Shown: piece after piece, positions 37,470-47,955 of the stretch | How positions within the stretch are numbered: position 1 is the first letter of the stretch | How the letters are laid out: every line of letters begins with the position of its first letter | NCBI GenBank assembly: GCA_965208105.1 | Contig: OZ242318.1 | Location: forward strand, 4,192,001 to 4,256,000 | Direction: 5' to 3' | DNA length: 64,000 nt | Source of the DNA: Candidatus Latescibacterota bacterium | Lineage (GTDB): Bacteria; Latescibacterota; UBA2968; UBA8231 | The notes under the pieces: generated by a model | Told to the model about the DNA's origin: nothing | What the model saw: only the letters and a program-made list of their open reading frames with translations | The model's database searches: none | Made by a program: the position numbers and the translations under genes

Positions 37470-38987
37470 GTGAACCGCATTCATCACAGCAACGGCAATG
37501 CGGCCGTTTCGCTCGGGCGTCGCGCCGGTTGGGTCACCCTGGGCCGTCTCAGCAACGCCGCCGCCATCCTTCTGATCGGCGTCGTCCTCTCTCGCGCCAT
37601 GCAACCCGCCGAGTACGGCCAGTACCAGCTGGTCTGGGTTTTCTTGAATCTGGCGATTCCCCTATTCCTCTTCGGCACTCCTCTGAGTATCAGCTACTTC
37701 CTGGCTCCACTGGAGGGTGCCGAGCGCGACCGGGATGCCGCGCAGCATGTCGCCCTGATTTGTTTGTTCGCTGTCCTTTTCGCCCTGGGTTCAATTGGGG
37801 TATGGATCAGCAATGGAGTGGGCCCCTTCACCATTCCTGCGGAACTCCTGCCCGTTCTGCCCCTGGCGATCCTCATCGGAACGGGCATGATCGCCTGCGG
37901 GTTCCTCGAGCCGATCCTCATCGTATACGGGAAACACAGGATTCTGGCCGGGTCCCTGCTTTCGTTCTCCGCTCTTCACCTCATCGCCGCCATGTCGGGA
38001 TGGTTTCTAGGGAACTCGCTATGGTGGATATTCCTCTGTCTGAGTTGCTCGGTGGGCATCAGGGTCATCTGGAGTTTTATCCTGCTGTTCAGTCTGTTGG
38101 GACCTGGGTCGGTGACCTTCTGCCGTCGACGTCTGGCGGAACAATTAACCTACCTCTGGCCGGTGGGAATCCGCGACGGAATCGGGATTCTGTCCCAGTT
38201 CGCCGATAAACTGATCTTCGCCTCCTTCTTCACCGTTGCCCAGTTCGCCATTTACTTCAATGGGGCCTGGGAGTTGCCCCTCGTGGGAATCGTTGTCCAT
38301 TCCCTGCTTGCAATATTGCTGCCGGAACTGCGCGTCGCCTGTCGCCGCGGGGATATGGACCAGGTGGTAAGGCTGATGCACTTTGCCGCCAGAAGAGTGG
38401 CGTTGGTGCTCTTTCCGGCAACCGCACTGGGCTTTCTCCTTGCCCACGAGATAACCAGCTTTCTGTTCGGCGAAGCCTATCGCGGCAGTGGGGACATCTT
38501 CCGCGTTTTCATTCTTCTGCTTCCCATGCGGGTATCCACCGCCGGGTCGGTACTGCTGGCGGCGAACCGCGCCCGCACCGTGTTGCTGGGCAGCCTCGCG
38601 GACCTCGTGCTGGCGGTGGCCCTTGGATTGGCCCTAATTTCCCCCCTGGGGACCCTGGGACCGGCCGTTGCCCTGGTTGGCAGTACCTTCTGCCAGGTCT
38701 GCTTCTACAACTGGCGGGTGGCGGCTGCCGTCCATCGGCCCTTGCCGATGATTCTGCCATGGCGGGCGCTCTTGAGGCTGGGGCTGCTGAGCCTGGCCTC
38801 GGCGCTGGCAGCATCCTGGCTGGTTCGCTTCGAGTCAGTTGCATTGAACCTGGTCGTACCCGGGGCTGTTTTCCTCGTATTTCTCGTGGGATTGGGCTTT
38901 GGTTTCCGTCTTTTGGAGGCCGAGGAGCGCAACGCGGTGACGGCGGCGTGGCGCCTGGTCGCGGCAAAGTGCCGTTCCATCCTATGA
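37470..38987 (+). CDS. Oligosaccharide flippase (Wzx/MOP family)
   Basis: LSRAMQPAEYGQYQL, ADKLI...FAIY..GA, FLFGEAY; more than 12 TM segments. Confidence 0.8.
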   Translation: MNRIHHSNGNAAVSLGRRAGWVTLGRLSNAAAILLIGVVLSRAMQPAEYGQYQLVWVFLNLAIPLFLFGTPLSISYFLAPLEGAERDRDAAQHVALICLFAVLFALGSIGVWISNGVGPFTIPAELLPVLPLAILIGTGMIACGFLEPILIVYGKHRILAGSLLSFSALHLIAAMSGWFLGNSLWWIFLCLSCSVGIRVIWSFILLFSLLGPGSVTFCRRRLAEQLTYLWPVGIRDGIGILSQFADKLIFASFFTVAQFAIYFNGAWELPLVGIVVHSLLAILLPELRVACRRGDMDQVVRLMHFAARRVALVLFPATALGFLLAHEITSFLFGEAYRGSGDIFRVFILLLPMRVSTAGSVLLAANRARTVLLGSLADLVLAVALGLALISPLGTLGPAVALVGSTFCQVCFYNWRVAAAVHRPLPMILPWRALLRLGLLSLASALAASWLVRFESVALNLVVPGAVFLVFLVGLGFGFRLLEAEERNAVTAAWRLVAAKCRSIL

Positions 38988-39079
38988 GCGCAAAAAGGAT
39001 GCCGGGAGCGGTCGCCGATTCTCCCTGAGAAACCAGATTATGGGAAAACCTGCAAAACTCATCCTCGAGCGATAATCCA

Positions 39080-40363
39080 ATGTATGAAAGTGTCAATCCC
39101 AAGAACGTGGTTGCCGTAATTCTGGGAGGGGGACAGGGAACGCGGCTCTTTCCCCTGACCCAGTATCGTTCCAAACCGGCGGTGCCCATCGGCGGCAAGT
39201 ACCGACTGATCGACATTCCCATCAGCAACTGCCTTCACGCCGGCGTCAACAAGATCTTCGTGCTGACTCAGTTCAATTCCGCCTCACTCAATCGCCACAT
39301 CAGCGCTACCTACCAGTTCGATTCGTTCTCCGATGGTTTTGTGGAGATCCTCGCAGCCGAGCAGACCCAGGACAGCCCGGACTGGTACCAGGGAACCGCC
39401 GACGCCGTACGCCAGCAGATGCGTCACATATTTTCGCGAAAGGCCGACCAATGCCTGATTCTTTCCGGGGACCACCTCTACCGGATGGACTATCGCGCCT
39501 TTCTGTTCTCGCATCAGGAGCGCGAGGCGGAGGTCTCCATTGCGGTGAAACCGGTGGGCCGCCAAAAGGCGCCGGCGCTGGGGATCTTGAAGGCTGGAAA
39601 AGACCGGCGCGTGCTGGACTTTCACGAGAAACCCCGGGAAAAGGCCGAGTTGGATGAGCTGGAACTCGACGCGCCCCCGGGGGACGACCCCTCCGAAAAA
39701 TTCCTGGCCTCCATGGGCATCTACGTCTTTGAACCCCGGGTCCTCACCAGCCTGCTGGAGACCGACAGAAGAGCAGACTTCGGCAGGCACATCATTCCCG
39801 CGGCCATTCAGCGGGTAAGGGTTTTTGCCTTTCCCTTCCACGACTACTGGGAGGACATCGGGACCATCCGCTCCTTCTACGAGGCGAACCTGGCCCTGAC
39901 CAATCCGGATCCTCCATTCGAGTTCGATCTTCCCGACGCTCCCATCTATACCCACCAGCGCTATTTGGGCGGAGCGCGATTGGGAGGATGCAGAATCGAA
40001 CGGGGAATCGTGGCCGATGGATCATACATCGGCATGGGTGAGATCGAGCATTCGGTTATCGGCATCCGCAGCATTATCGGGGAAGGGACCCGCATCTACC
40101 ACACGGTGATGATGGGAGCCGACTACTACGAGACCACCTCGGATTTGGAGAAAAACGTGGCCAATGGCGTACCGCACGTCGGCATCGGCGCAAATTCGGT
40201 GATCAGCAGAGCCATCATCGACAAGAATGCCCGCATCGGCGAGAAGGTGATAATCGCCAACGACCGCGGAATCAAGGAAGCAGACGCCGAAAACTACTTC
40301 ATCCGCGACGGCATCGTCCTGGTGCCCAAGGGGGCGGTGATCCCTGCCGGCACGGTTATCTGA
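39080..40363 (+). CDS. glgC: Glucose-1-phosphate adenylyltransferase
   Basis: ILGGGQGTRLFPLT.RSKPAVPIGGKYRLIDIPISNC, WYQGTADAVR, SGDHLYRMDY. Confidence 0.97.
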   Translation: MYESVNPKNVVAVILGGGQGTRLFPLTQYRSKPAVPIGGKYRLIDIPISNCLHAGVNKIFVLTQFNSASLNRHISATYQFDSFSDGFVEILAAEQTQDSPDWYQGTADAVRQQMRHIFSRKADQCLILSGDHLYRMDYRAFLFSHQEREAEVSIAVKPVGRQKAPALGILKAGKDRRVLDFHEKPREKAELDELELDAPPGDDPSEKFLASMGIYVFEPRVLTSLLETDRRADFGRHIIPAAIQRVRVFAFPFHDYWEDIGTIRSFYEANLALTNPDPPFEFDLPDAPIYTHQRYLGGARLGGCRIERGIVADGSYIGMGEIEHSVIGIRSIIGEGTRIYHTVMMGADYYETTSDLEKNVANGVPHVGIGANSVISRAIIDKNARIGEKVIIANDRGIKEADAENYFIRDGIVLVPKGAVIPAGTVI

Positions 40364-40642
40364 ATTCGGAAGATCTTGATGTCCTGAGCTTGCGATCTAC
40401 GGACCTGGCTGTTTAGCTTCTTTTTCCGCTCCGGACCGTTTTCTTCCCGTTTCACTGTACAGGTTTTCTTCCGGGTATATTCCGGATCAGGGCACAGGGA
40501 CCGGCGCTGGTAATTCTGCCGCCGTCGGGCCCCTTGCGCCAAGGGGAGCTTCCTGGTAACCGGATGTTCTCGATCGGAAATGGTACGGGAGCGGATTCAA
40601 CGATGCAGATCTCGTAAACGCTCCGCAAGGAGGACGAGGAAG

Positions 40643-41377
40643 ATGAAGGCCAAACTGCAAGGAGAGACAGCGCTGGTAACGGGCGGAGGAAGAGGCATCG
40701 GCCGAGCAATCTGCAAGGTCTTTGCCCGCGAGGGAGCCCGCGTTGCCGTCGCCGATATCGAAATGGACAGCGCCCTTCGCACCGCGGAAGCACTTCCCAC
40801 GGAAAGTCTGGCTCTGGAGATGGACGTGAGTTCCGGCAGCTCGGTTCGCTCCGGCTTCGAGTATATCCTGAATGAATTCGGCCGACTCGATATCCTGGTC
40901 AACAACGCCGGCTTGCTGATCCTTCACAGCTTTGAGGATTGCACCGAGGAAATATGGAATCGCACCCTGGACGTCAATCTGAAAGGTTGCTTCCTCTGTG
41001 CCCAGGCCGCCCTGAGCCACATGAAGGACAGGAGGAGCGGAGCCATCGTCAACATGACTTCCCTGGCAGGCAAAACAGGAGGAATAGTTGCCGGTCCGGC
41101 CTATGGGGCGGCCAAGGCTGGAGTGCTGGCCCTCACTCTCGGGTTGGCCCGCTACTCGGCCTCTTTCAAGGTAAGGGTCAACGGCATAGCCCCGGGAATC
41201 ATAGCAACCGAAATGACGAGCAATCCACTGCACAACGAGCTCGCCGAGGACGTTCCCCTGGGAGAAAAGGGCAGGCCCGAGGACGTCGCCAACTGCGCCC
41301 TGTTTCTGGCCTCCGGTGACGCCAGCCACATTACCGGGGAGATCATCGATGTCAACGGCGGCCTGCTCATGGACTAG
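40643..41377 (+). CDS. SDR-family oxidoreductase (FabG-like)
   Basis: TGGGRGIG, NNAG, YGAAK, NGIAPG. Confidence 0.92.
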   Translation: MKAKLQGETALVTGGGRGIGRAICKVFAREGARVAVADIEMDSALRTAEALPTESLALEMDVSSGSSVRSGFEYILNEFGRLDILVNNAGLLILHSFEDCTEEIWNRTLDVNLKGCFLCAQAALSHMKDRRSGAIVNMTSLAGKTGGIVAGPAYGAAKAGVLALTLGLARYSASFKVRVNGIAPGIIATEMTSNPLHNELAEDVPLGEKGRPEDVANCALFLASGDASHITGEIIDVNGGLLMD

Positions 41378-41552
41378 TGAAAGGCTGAACGGCGGAGCGG
41401 GTGCCTGCGAGAACAGGCAGGCTCGGGAGAGAGGGCGACGAGAAGCTCCTGGCCCGAAGGGCGCTTGGGCGAGTGTAACGCCGCGAGAGGGGATGCCGAG
41501 CCGGCCGAACTCAGGCAGGCACTCGAGCAGGGATGTCCCGCAGATTCACGGG

Positions 41553-42365
41553 TCATTTCCTCCCATCGGCCAAGTCTTCGAGAAGTCGCCTGTATCCTTC
41601 CCTTCCCTTTTCCTCCCATTCCTCCAGAAGAGCAGATCCTACAATCGCCATCTCGACAGCACCTTGCAGGCCCCGCAGGTCCTCACCGTCCCGCAGCCCG
41701 AATCCCAGCCCCAGGGGCAGTTCGGTGGCGCCGCGACATTCCCGGACGAATGAATTCAACTCCTTGTCCAGGTCCGTCTTCCTGCCCGTCACCCCTTTGC
41801 GGGCAACTGCGTAGACGAAGCCGCGGGAATGCCTGCCGATCGCCTCCATGCGGGCCCTGGTATTGGTGGGCGCCATGAGCAGAATCGGACTCAGATGCCG
41901 TTTCTCGCTCAAGGCAAACAGATTCCCGTACTCTTCGAATGGCAGGTCCGGGAGGATGAAACCCGCGGCCCCGGCCTCTCTCAGGCGCGCGCAGAATTCA
42001 GTGTGGCCCAGGCGAAATGCCACGTTGTAATACCCCATCATCAGGTGTGGGAAATCGAATGAGCTGGTCGCCCTCCGCATGAAATCGAAATACTGCTCGA
42101 GGCGCATCCCCTGCCGCAGCGCCAGCTGGTTGGCACGGGCGAAGGTAGGGCCGTCGGCGACAGGCTCGCTGAATGGCATCTGCAATTCCACCATGTCGAC
42201 CCCCACCTCCTGCATGATTTCCAGCATCTGCCAGTTGGCATCCAGGGAAGGATATCCTGCGATCACGTGGGTCATGAGGAGAATTCTCCTGGTGGCCAGG
42301 CGCTCGCGGATGTAGTCCGTCAGGTCCGCAACTTGACTGCCTTGTCCATGAGAAATTGATTCCAA
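41553..42365 (-). CDS. trpA: Tryptophan synthase alpha subunit (start uncertain, probably near 42323)
   Basis: ELQMPFSEPVADGPT, MGYYN, ILPDLP, LMAPT, GFVYAVARKGVTG, IVGSA. Confidence 0.93.
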   Translation of the reverse strand: MESISHGQGSQVADLTDYIRERLATRRILLMTHVIAGYPSLDANWQMLEIMQEVGVDMVELQMPFSEPVADGPTFARANQLALRQGMRLEQYFDFMRRATSSFDFPHLMMGYYNVAFRLGHTEFCARLREAGAAGFILPDLPFEEYGNLFALSEKRHLSPILLMAPTNTRARMEAIGRHSRGFVYAVARKGVTGRKTDLDKELNSFVRECRGATELPLGLGFGLRDGEDLRGLQGAVEMAIVGSALLEEWEEKGREGYRRLLEDLADGRK

Positions 42366-43570
42366 TTCTCGTCCTCCAGTGCGTCGCCGATGGTGAAGAT
42401 GTCCTTGTCTCCCCGCCCTGACAGGTTGATCAGAACAATTTGCTCCCGGCCCATTTCGCCTGCCTCGCGCAATGCTCCCGCTACGGCATGGGTGCTTTCG
42501 AGGGCCCCGATGATGCCCTCGGCCTTCATGAGCCGCTTCAGCGCCTCAACCACCTCTGCGTCCGTGGCTGCTTCGATCCGCACCCTTCCCATCTCGTGCA
42601 AATGTGCCAGGATGGGGCTTACGCCGATGTAGTCGAGTCCGGCCGATACCGAGTGAGTGTGACGCATTTGACCTTCGCCGTCCTGAAAGAAGAAGGTCTT
42701 GTAGCCCTGGGCCACCCCGGGGGCCCCGACCGACCGCGTCAGTCGGGCGGCGTGACGGCCGCTCTCCAGACCCAGGCCTCCGGCTTCGATGCCGACCAGT
42801 TCCACATCCTCGTCATCCAGAAAGCCAAGGAACATGCCGGTCGCATTGGAACCGCCGCCGACGCATGCGTAAACCCGGTCGGGCAGCCTGCCGGTGCGGG
42901 CAAGAACCTGCTCCCGGCTCTCGGTTCCGATCACGCGCTGGAAATAGGCCACCATCTGGGGGAACGGATGGGGACCACAGGCAGTTCCCAGAACGTAGTG
43001 TGTATCCCCCATGGAGAAGGCCCAGTCGCGAAAACACTCGTTGATGGCGTCCTTGAGGGTTGCCGATCCGTCTTCCACCGATACCACCTCGGCACCCAGT
43101 TGCTCCATCCAGAACACGTTGGGGCGCTGGCGCTCAACGTCCACGGCACCCATATAGATCCTGCATTCCAACCCCAGGCGGGCGGCCATGGTCGCCGTCG
43201 CAACCCCATGTTGGCCAGCCCCGGTTTCCGCAATGACACGCCTCTTTCCCATGCGCTTCACCAGCAGCCCCTGGCCCATCACATTGTTGGCTTTGTGCGC
43301 TCCTGTATGGTTCAGGTCCTCGCGTTTGAGGTAGAGCTGCGCACTGCCCAATTCGGCGCTGAGGTTTTCCAGCGCGGTGAGAGGGGTAGGACGGCATGAA
43401 TAGGTTTGCATCACATGAAGATAGTCCTCCCAGAAGGACCCATCGCCGCGGGCGTCCTCGAAGGCCGCGATCAACTCGTCCAGAGTCGTCCGCAGAATTT
43501 CGGGGACGAACGCTCCTCCGTAGGAGCCGTAATAGCCCTCCCGTTCGAATTCAAAGAGTTCTTTCAGCAT
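42320..43570 (-). CDS. trpB: Tryptophan synthase beta subunit
   Basis: LKREDLNHTGAHK, AETGAGQHG, CVGGGSNA, SAGLDY, NLSGRGDKD. Confidence 0.97.
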   Translation of the reverse strand: MLKELFEFEREGYYGSYGGAFVPEILRTTLDELIAAFEDARGDGSFWEDYLHVMQTYSCRPTPLTALENLSAELGSAQLYLKREDLNHTGAHKANNVMGQGLLVKRMGKRRVIAETGAGQHGVATATMAARLGLECRIYMGAVDVERQRPNVFWMEQLGAEVVSVEDGSATLKDAINECFRDWAFSMGDTHYVLGTACGPHPFPQMVAYFQRVIGTESREQVLARTGRLPDRVYACVGGGSNATGMFLGFLDDEDVELVGIEAGGLGLESGRHAARLTRSVGAPGVAQGYKTFFFQDGEGQMRHTHSVSAGLDYIGVSPILAHLHEMGRVRIEAATDAEVVEALKRLMKAEGIIGALESTHAVAGALREAGEMGREQIVLINLSGRGDKDIFTIGDALEDENWNQFLMDKAVKLRT

Positions 43571-43881
43571 GAGCCTGTCCTGGTGACGGGTCTCCAGGTC
43601 ATTATTGAAGGGAGGCGAAGATTCTTCCCGGATTGCATCATTACCTGGACGTGTTCCCAGATGAAACGCGGCATGCAGGACCCGGGCACATCGATCGAAT
43701 CGAGGACCTGCCGTGCATTGGTCTCGAGGTGAGGGGGAGGGACTGGTGCCTGCCTGGGCAGGTCCCCGCGAATTCGGCCGCCGCCCCGCGTCCCGTCCCA
43801 CGGGGTTGCACCCGCTCAGGCGTATTGCGAGGGGTGGGTTTCGAGGCCCTCGTTTCGCAGGCTTGAATTCGCCGGCAGGAG

Positions 43882-45195
43882 CTAGCTGATCAGTTTGGCG
43901 CGCTGGAGGGCGTCCACCATGGCGTTGACACTCTGAGAATCCTCTCCGGCCTTTTTCTGACTTTTTTGAAATTCCTTCAGGTTGCTGTCCGCCTCAAACT
44001 TTTCGACCTGTTTAATGGACAGGCTCAGACGGCGCCGACGGTGGTCCAGTGCAAGGACGGTAACCTTAACCTCGTCGCCGACCGAAACGACATCGCCGGG
44101 GTGAGCCACGTGCTTTTCTGCCAGTTCGGATACGTGCACCATGCCGCGGACGTCGGGTGCAACCTCGACAAAAGCCCCGTAGTTTTCCACCGCGTCAATC
44201 TTGCCCTTGACTACGGATCCGGGGGGAAACTGCCGGCGGATCTCGTCCCAGGGATCTTTCTCCAGAGCCTTGAGGGAGAGCGAGATTCTCTCCCGCCTTT
44301 TGTCGCCCAGGTCTTTGAGCTTGACGACGACCACTCTCACCTCCTGCCCCTTCTGCAACACCTCGCGCGGATGCTCAACTCTTTTGTGGCTCAGCTCCGA
44401 AACGTGCAAGAGGCCCTCCAGGTTGCCGCCGATATCTACAAAAGCTCCAAAAGATTTCAGCCGCGTCACCGTCCCCTCCACTTCTACCCCCTCCTTGAGG
44501 TTTGCCCGGACTGCGTCCGAGACCTTGTTCTCCTCTTCCTCGAGCAAAGCCCTGCGGGAGACAACGATATCCCGGCCCTGGTGGCGAAACTTGATGATTT
44601 TGAAATTCAGGGTGCGATCGCGGTAGGATTCGGCATTTTCCACGTACCTGGTTTCGAGTTGCGATAGTGGACAGAAGGCGCGGACGCCGCCCCGCAGGTT
44701 CACCCCGACTCCCCACTTGTTTACCGCCTCGACCTTGCCCTCTACCGGAATACCCGAACTGTATGCCTGGCGGATCACGTCCGTGCTCTGGTCTGCCAGG
44801 CGCAGGGAGCGGGTCAACAGGATTTCGTCCTGGTCGTCGGCAACATACACCTCCAGGGGGTCCCCTGGGGAAAAATGCAGTTCACCCTTTTCGTCCTGGA
44901 GCTCCGCGGTCTTGATGGTTCCCTCGCAGCGTCCGCCAAAGTCGACGAAGCTGTTTTCAGCTTCGACCTTGACGAGGACCCCGCTGACTCTGTCTCCCTT
45001 GTTCACATCCCGGCCCTCCCGGCGTTCCCCGTCCTCTTCGAGCATGCGGGCGAATGGCTTGTCAGCAGGGGATGTGGCCGGAGGGGGAGCGCCCCCCGTG
45101 GCCGCATTGGTATCGTCCTTCGCCTCGCTGCTTTCACCGGAATGGGCATGATTGTCCTCGGGAACTTCGCTCCGGGATTCTGGACTGTTCTCCAT
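43882..45195 (-). CDS. S1-domain RNA-binding protein (short RpsA-like, about 4 S1 repeats)
   Basis: FVDFGGRCEG, AFCPLSQL, FGAFVDIGGNLEGLLHVSELS, YGAFVEVAPDVRGMVHVSEL. Confidence 0.88.
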   Translation of the reverse strand: MENSPESRSEVPEDNHAHSGESSEAKDDTNAATGGAPPPATSPADKPFARMLEEDGERREGRDVNKGDRVSGVLVKVEAENSFVDFGGRCEGTIKTAELQDEKGELHFSPGDPLEVYVADDQDEILLTRSLRLADQSTDVIRQAYSSGIPVEGKVEAVNKWGVGVNLRGGVRAFCPLSQLETRYVENAESYRDRTLNFKIIKFRHQGRDIVVSRRALLEEEENKVSDAVRANLKEGVEVEGTVTRLKSFGAFVDIGGNLEGLLHVSELSHKRVEHPREVLQKGQEVRVVVVKLKDLGDKRRERISLSLKALEKDPWDEIRRQFPPGSVVKGKIDAVENYGAFVEVAPDVRGMVHVSELAEKHVAHPGDVVSVGDEVKVTVLALDHRRRRLSLSIKQVEKFEADSNLKEFQKSQKKAGEDSQSVNAMVDALQRAKLIS

Positions 45196-45408
45196 CCTGC
45201 ACTCCTTTGAAGGAAAATTGCCTTCCGCGGAAGATTCGCGTATGTATCGGGTCTGCGACCCCATCCGGGAAGGACGGAACAATGCCCCGGTCTCCCGGAA
45301 TACCCGGGGGCGAGCTGACCCGCGATGGGTCAAGGTCTTCCGGGAGGAGGGTGGGCTGGACCAGGCAAGGACGTGCCGAGCCACCTCACCCGGAGAATCG
45401 AATGGTTT

Positions 45409-46380
45409 TCAACGGGGCAACAACAGGACCTTGCCACTGGTCTTCCTGCCCTGCAAAGCCCGGTGGGCATCCGCCGCGGCAGCCAGTTCAAAGCGATGGC
45501 CAATTCGCAGGTCGAGTTCCCCGCGCCCAATCCAATCCAGAACCGTACCGGACCTGGCGAGCAGCTCCTGGCGGCTTTGAACATAATGAACCAGGGATGG
45601 ACGAGTCAGAAAAAGCGAGCCCTTGGTGTTCAAAATGGCTGGATCGATGGGCTCTAGGGGTCCGCTGGACTGCCCGAAGAGCACCATGTAGCCCCTGGGC
45701 CGCAGCACATTCAATCCCTTTTCAAAGGTCGATCTGGCCACCGAATCGTAAACCACGTCCACACCTCTATCAGCGGTCAGCCGCATTACCTCCTCGGCAA
45801 AATCCTGTTCCGTATAGCGGATGATCTCGTCGGCGCCGGCCTGGCGGGCCAACTGCTCTTTTTCCTCGGTGGAAACCGTTCCGATCACCCGCGCTCCCGC
45901 TCGCCTGGCCATCTGCACCAGCAGCAGACCAACGCCGCCGGCTGCAGCGTGCACCAGGGCGGTGTGGCCCTCGTCCAGGGGAAAGGTACTGTGAGCCAGA
46001 TAGTGGGCGGTCATCCCCTGCAGCATGGCGGCGGCGCCCATCTCGCTGTCCACTTCGTCGGGCAAGGGCACCAGACGCTCGGCCGGCACCGCCGCCAATT
46101 CGGCGTAGGAGCCCATGACGCCCGCCCAGGCCACCCGATCACCAGGGTTGAACAGGGTCACCCCGGCCCCCACTGCCGCGACGGTTCCGGCGGCTTCCAT
46201 CCCGGGAGTACAGGGCAGGTCCACCGGGTAGAGGCCTTCGCGGAAGTAGGTATCGATGTAATTCAAGCCGATGGCATCGATCTCGACGATAACCTGCCCG
46301 GCCGCAGGAACAGGATCGGGCAGATCTTCGTAGCTCAGTACCTCAGGACCACCATGGCGATGGAAGCGAATGGCTTTCAC
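45409..46380 (-). CDS. qor: NADPH:quinone oxidoreductase (zeta-crystallin/MDR family)
   Basis: GGPEVL, GLNYIDTYFREGLY, MLQGMTAHYL, HAAAGGVG, GSLFLTRPSL. Confidence 0.9.
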   Translation of the reverse strand: MKAIRFHRHGGPEVLSYEDLPDPVPAAGQVIVEIDAIGLNYIDTYFREGLYPVDLPCTPGMEAAGTVAAVGAGVTLFNPGDRVAWAGVMGSYAELAAVPAERLVPLPDEVDSEMGAAAMLQGMTAHYLAHSTFPLDEGHTALVHAAAGGVGLLLVQMARRAGARVIGTVSTEEKEQLARQAGADEIIRYTEQDFAEEVMRLTADRGVDVVYDSVARSTFEKGLNVLRPRGYMVLFGQSSGPLEPIDPAILNTKGSLFLTRPSLVHYVQSRQELLARSGTVLDWIGRGELDLRIGHRFELAAAADAHRALQGRKTSGKVLLLPR

Positions 46381-46550
46381 GAGGTGGATTCACTCACTTG
46401 AAGGAGGGTTGTAATGGACCACCTATACAAAGATCAGGGAAATAAACTTAAGTACTGCGGAAAGATAAGACAACCGGCCATGCGAGAGGACAGCCGCAAT
46501 CGTCCAGGGGCCCGTCGGTAAGGTCGTCCACGTTCCGGACCTGCTTCCTT

Positions 46551-47681
46551 TCATCCGATTTTTTTCATGGCCTCCACGAAGCGCAGCACATCCTCTTCGC
46601 CGTTGTAGAGATGGCCCGACACCCGCACCCGGCCGGAGTCCCCCCACACCAGGACTCGATGGCGGGCAAGCCGATCCTGCACCCCTTCGGCATCGGTGGC
46701 CAGAAAGCTTGTATTGCCGGAACGGGACCCATATACGGAGGGGGAAATCACGGAATGTCCAAGCTGCTCGAGATCGGAGCTGATGCGTTCGGACAGCGCG
46801 CGCGCATGGGCCTGGATCCGCCCGATTCCGATTTCCAGGATCAGGTCGAGGGATTTATCGAGCAACAAGGCCACCAGCATCGCCGTGTTGGCGGGCTCCA
46901 GCTTCTCGGGCATTGGCAAGACGGCAACCTCCGGCGGGCATCTGGTTCTCCAGTCCCTCGACGCGGCCAGGTTGTGCCAACCGAAACAGGTGGCCTCCAC
47001 CTGAGCTTCGGCGCGCTCGCTCAGATAGCACGACGCCAGCCCGTGAGTTGCGAGCAACCACTTGTAGGAGCTGCTGACGCACAGGTCGGTGAGAGCCGCC
47101 GGCACTTCGACCACGCCGGAGGCATGGGTTGCATCCAGCGCCGTGAGGACCCCCAGGGGACGTACGCCTTCCGAGAGCTGCTCCACGTTGAGGCACTGCC
47201 CGGTAAAAAAGCTCACCTGACTCAGGGCGAGAACCCGGGTGCGGGAATCGACGGCTTCCAGTAGATCTTCCTCGGTCACCACCCAGTTCCGGTGAGCGAC
47301 CCTTCTCACCTCAACGCCCTCGTGGCGCAATCCTCGCCAGGCATACGCGACGGAGGGGAATTCCAGATCGGAGGTGACGATGTTGTCTCCCGGCCGCCAC
47401 GCGATTCCGCGCGCCAGCCAGTTCAGCCCCTCTGAAGCCGAGGGCATGAACCCGATGCGATCGGCGGGAACTCCCCAGAGGCGCCCCATCTTGCGGCGAC
47501 AGCGTTCCACCCCCTCCAGCATCCGGCTCCTGCCCGGCGCTCCGCCACTCTTCAAGCGGACGAAGTCTGCATACGCCGCATCGTGCCTTTTGAGCCATGG
47601 CGCCTCTCCGCCCGTGCACAGGTGCGTGACTCCTTCAATGCCGGCGAACTCGTCCGGGGAAACCAGGGGTTCAATTGCCAA
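46551..47681 (-). CDS. PLP-dependent aminotransferase class V (desulfurase/epimerase-like)
   Basis: DLEFPS, LDATH, SSYKWLL, RVSGHLYN. Confidence 0.85.
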   Translation of the reverse strand: MAIEPLVSPDEFAGIEGVTHLCTGGEAPWLKRHDAAYADFVRLKSGGAPGRSRMLEGVERCRRKMGRLWGVPADRIGFMPSASEGLNWLARGIAWRPGDNIVTSDLEFPSVAYAWRGLRHEGVEVRRVAHRNWVVTEEDLLEAVDSRTRVLALSQVSFFTGQCLNVEQLSEGVRPLGVLTALDATHASGVVEVPAALTDLCVSSSYKWLLATHGLASCYLSERAEAQVEATCFGWHNLAASRDWRTRCPPEVAVLPMPEKLEPANTAMLVALLLDKSLDLILEIGIGRIQAHARALSERISSDLEQLGHSVISPSVYGSRSGNTSFLATDAEGVQDRLARHRVLVWGDSGRVRVSGHLYNGEEDVLRFVEAMKKIG

Positions 47682-47955
47682 GTCAGCTGCCTCCTCCAGA
47701 ATTTTCAGCGGCTCATCGACAGCCAGGCCGCGGATCTCTGCCGCCTTCCCGCCGCCGCCCCAGTGGCCGCGGGGTTGCTCTCTTGCCCGGCAAGTGGAAA
47801 GAAAGGCGGCTTCGATGGGCGCGCTAGGTACGGCAAATTTCCGGCCGTGTCAAGCGGCGCCCCGCGTTGATCGGGAGCAGGCAGTTCCTTAGTTTAAGGG
47901 GCAGATGCAGCGAATTCATTCGCAGGTCCGGTATTCACTCACAGAGGGGACGACT

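Noticed and set aside
43571-43881. Possible trp attenuator or T-box upstream of trpB
   Set aside because: No tandem-Trp leader peptide, T-box motif or U-tailed terminator was seen.
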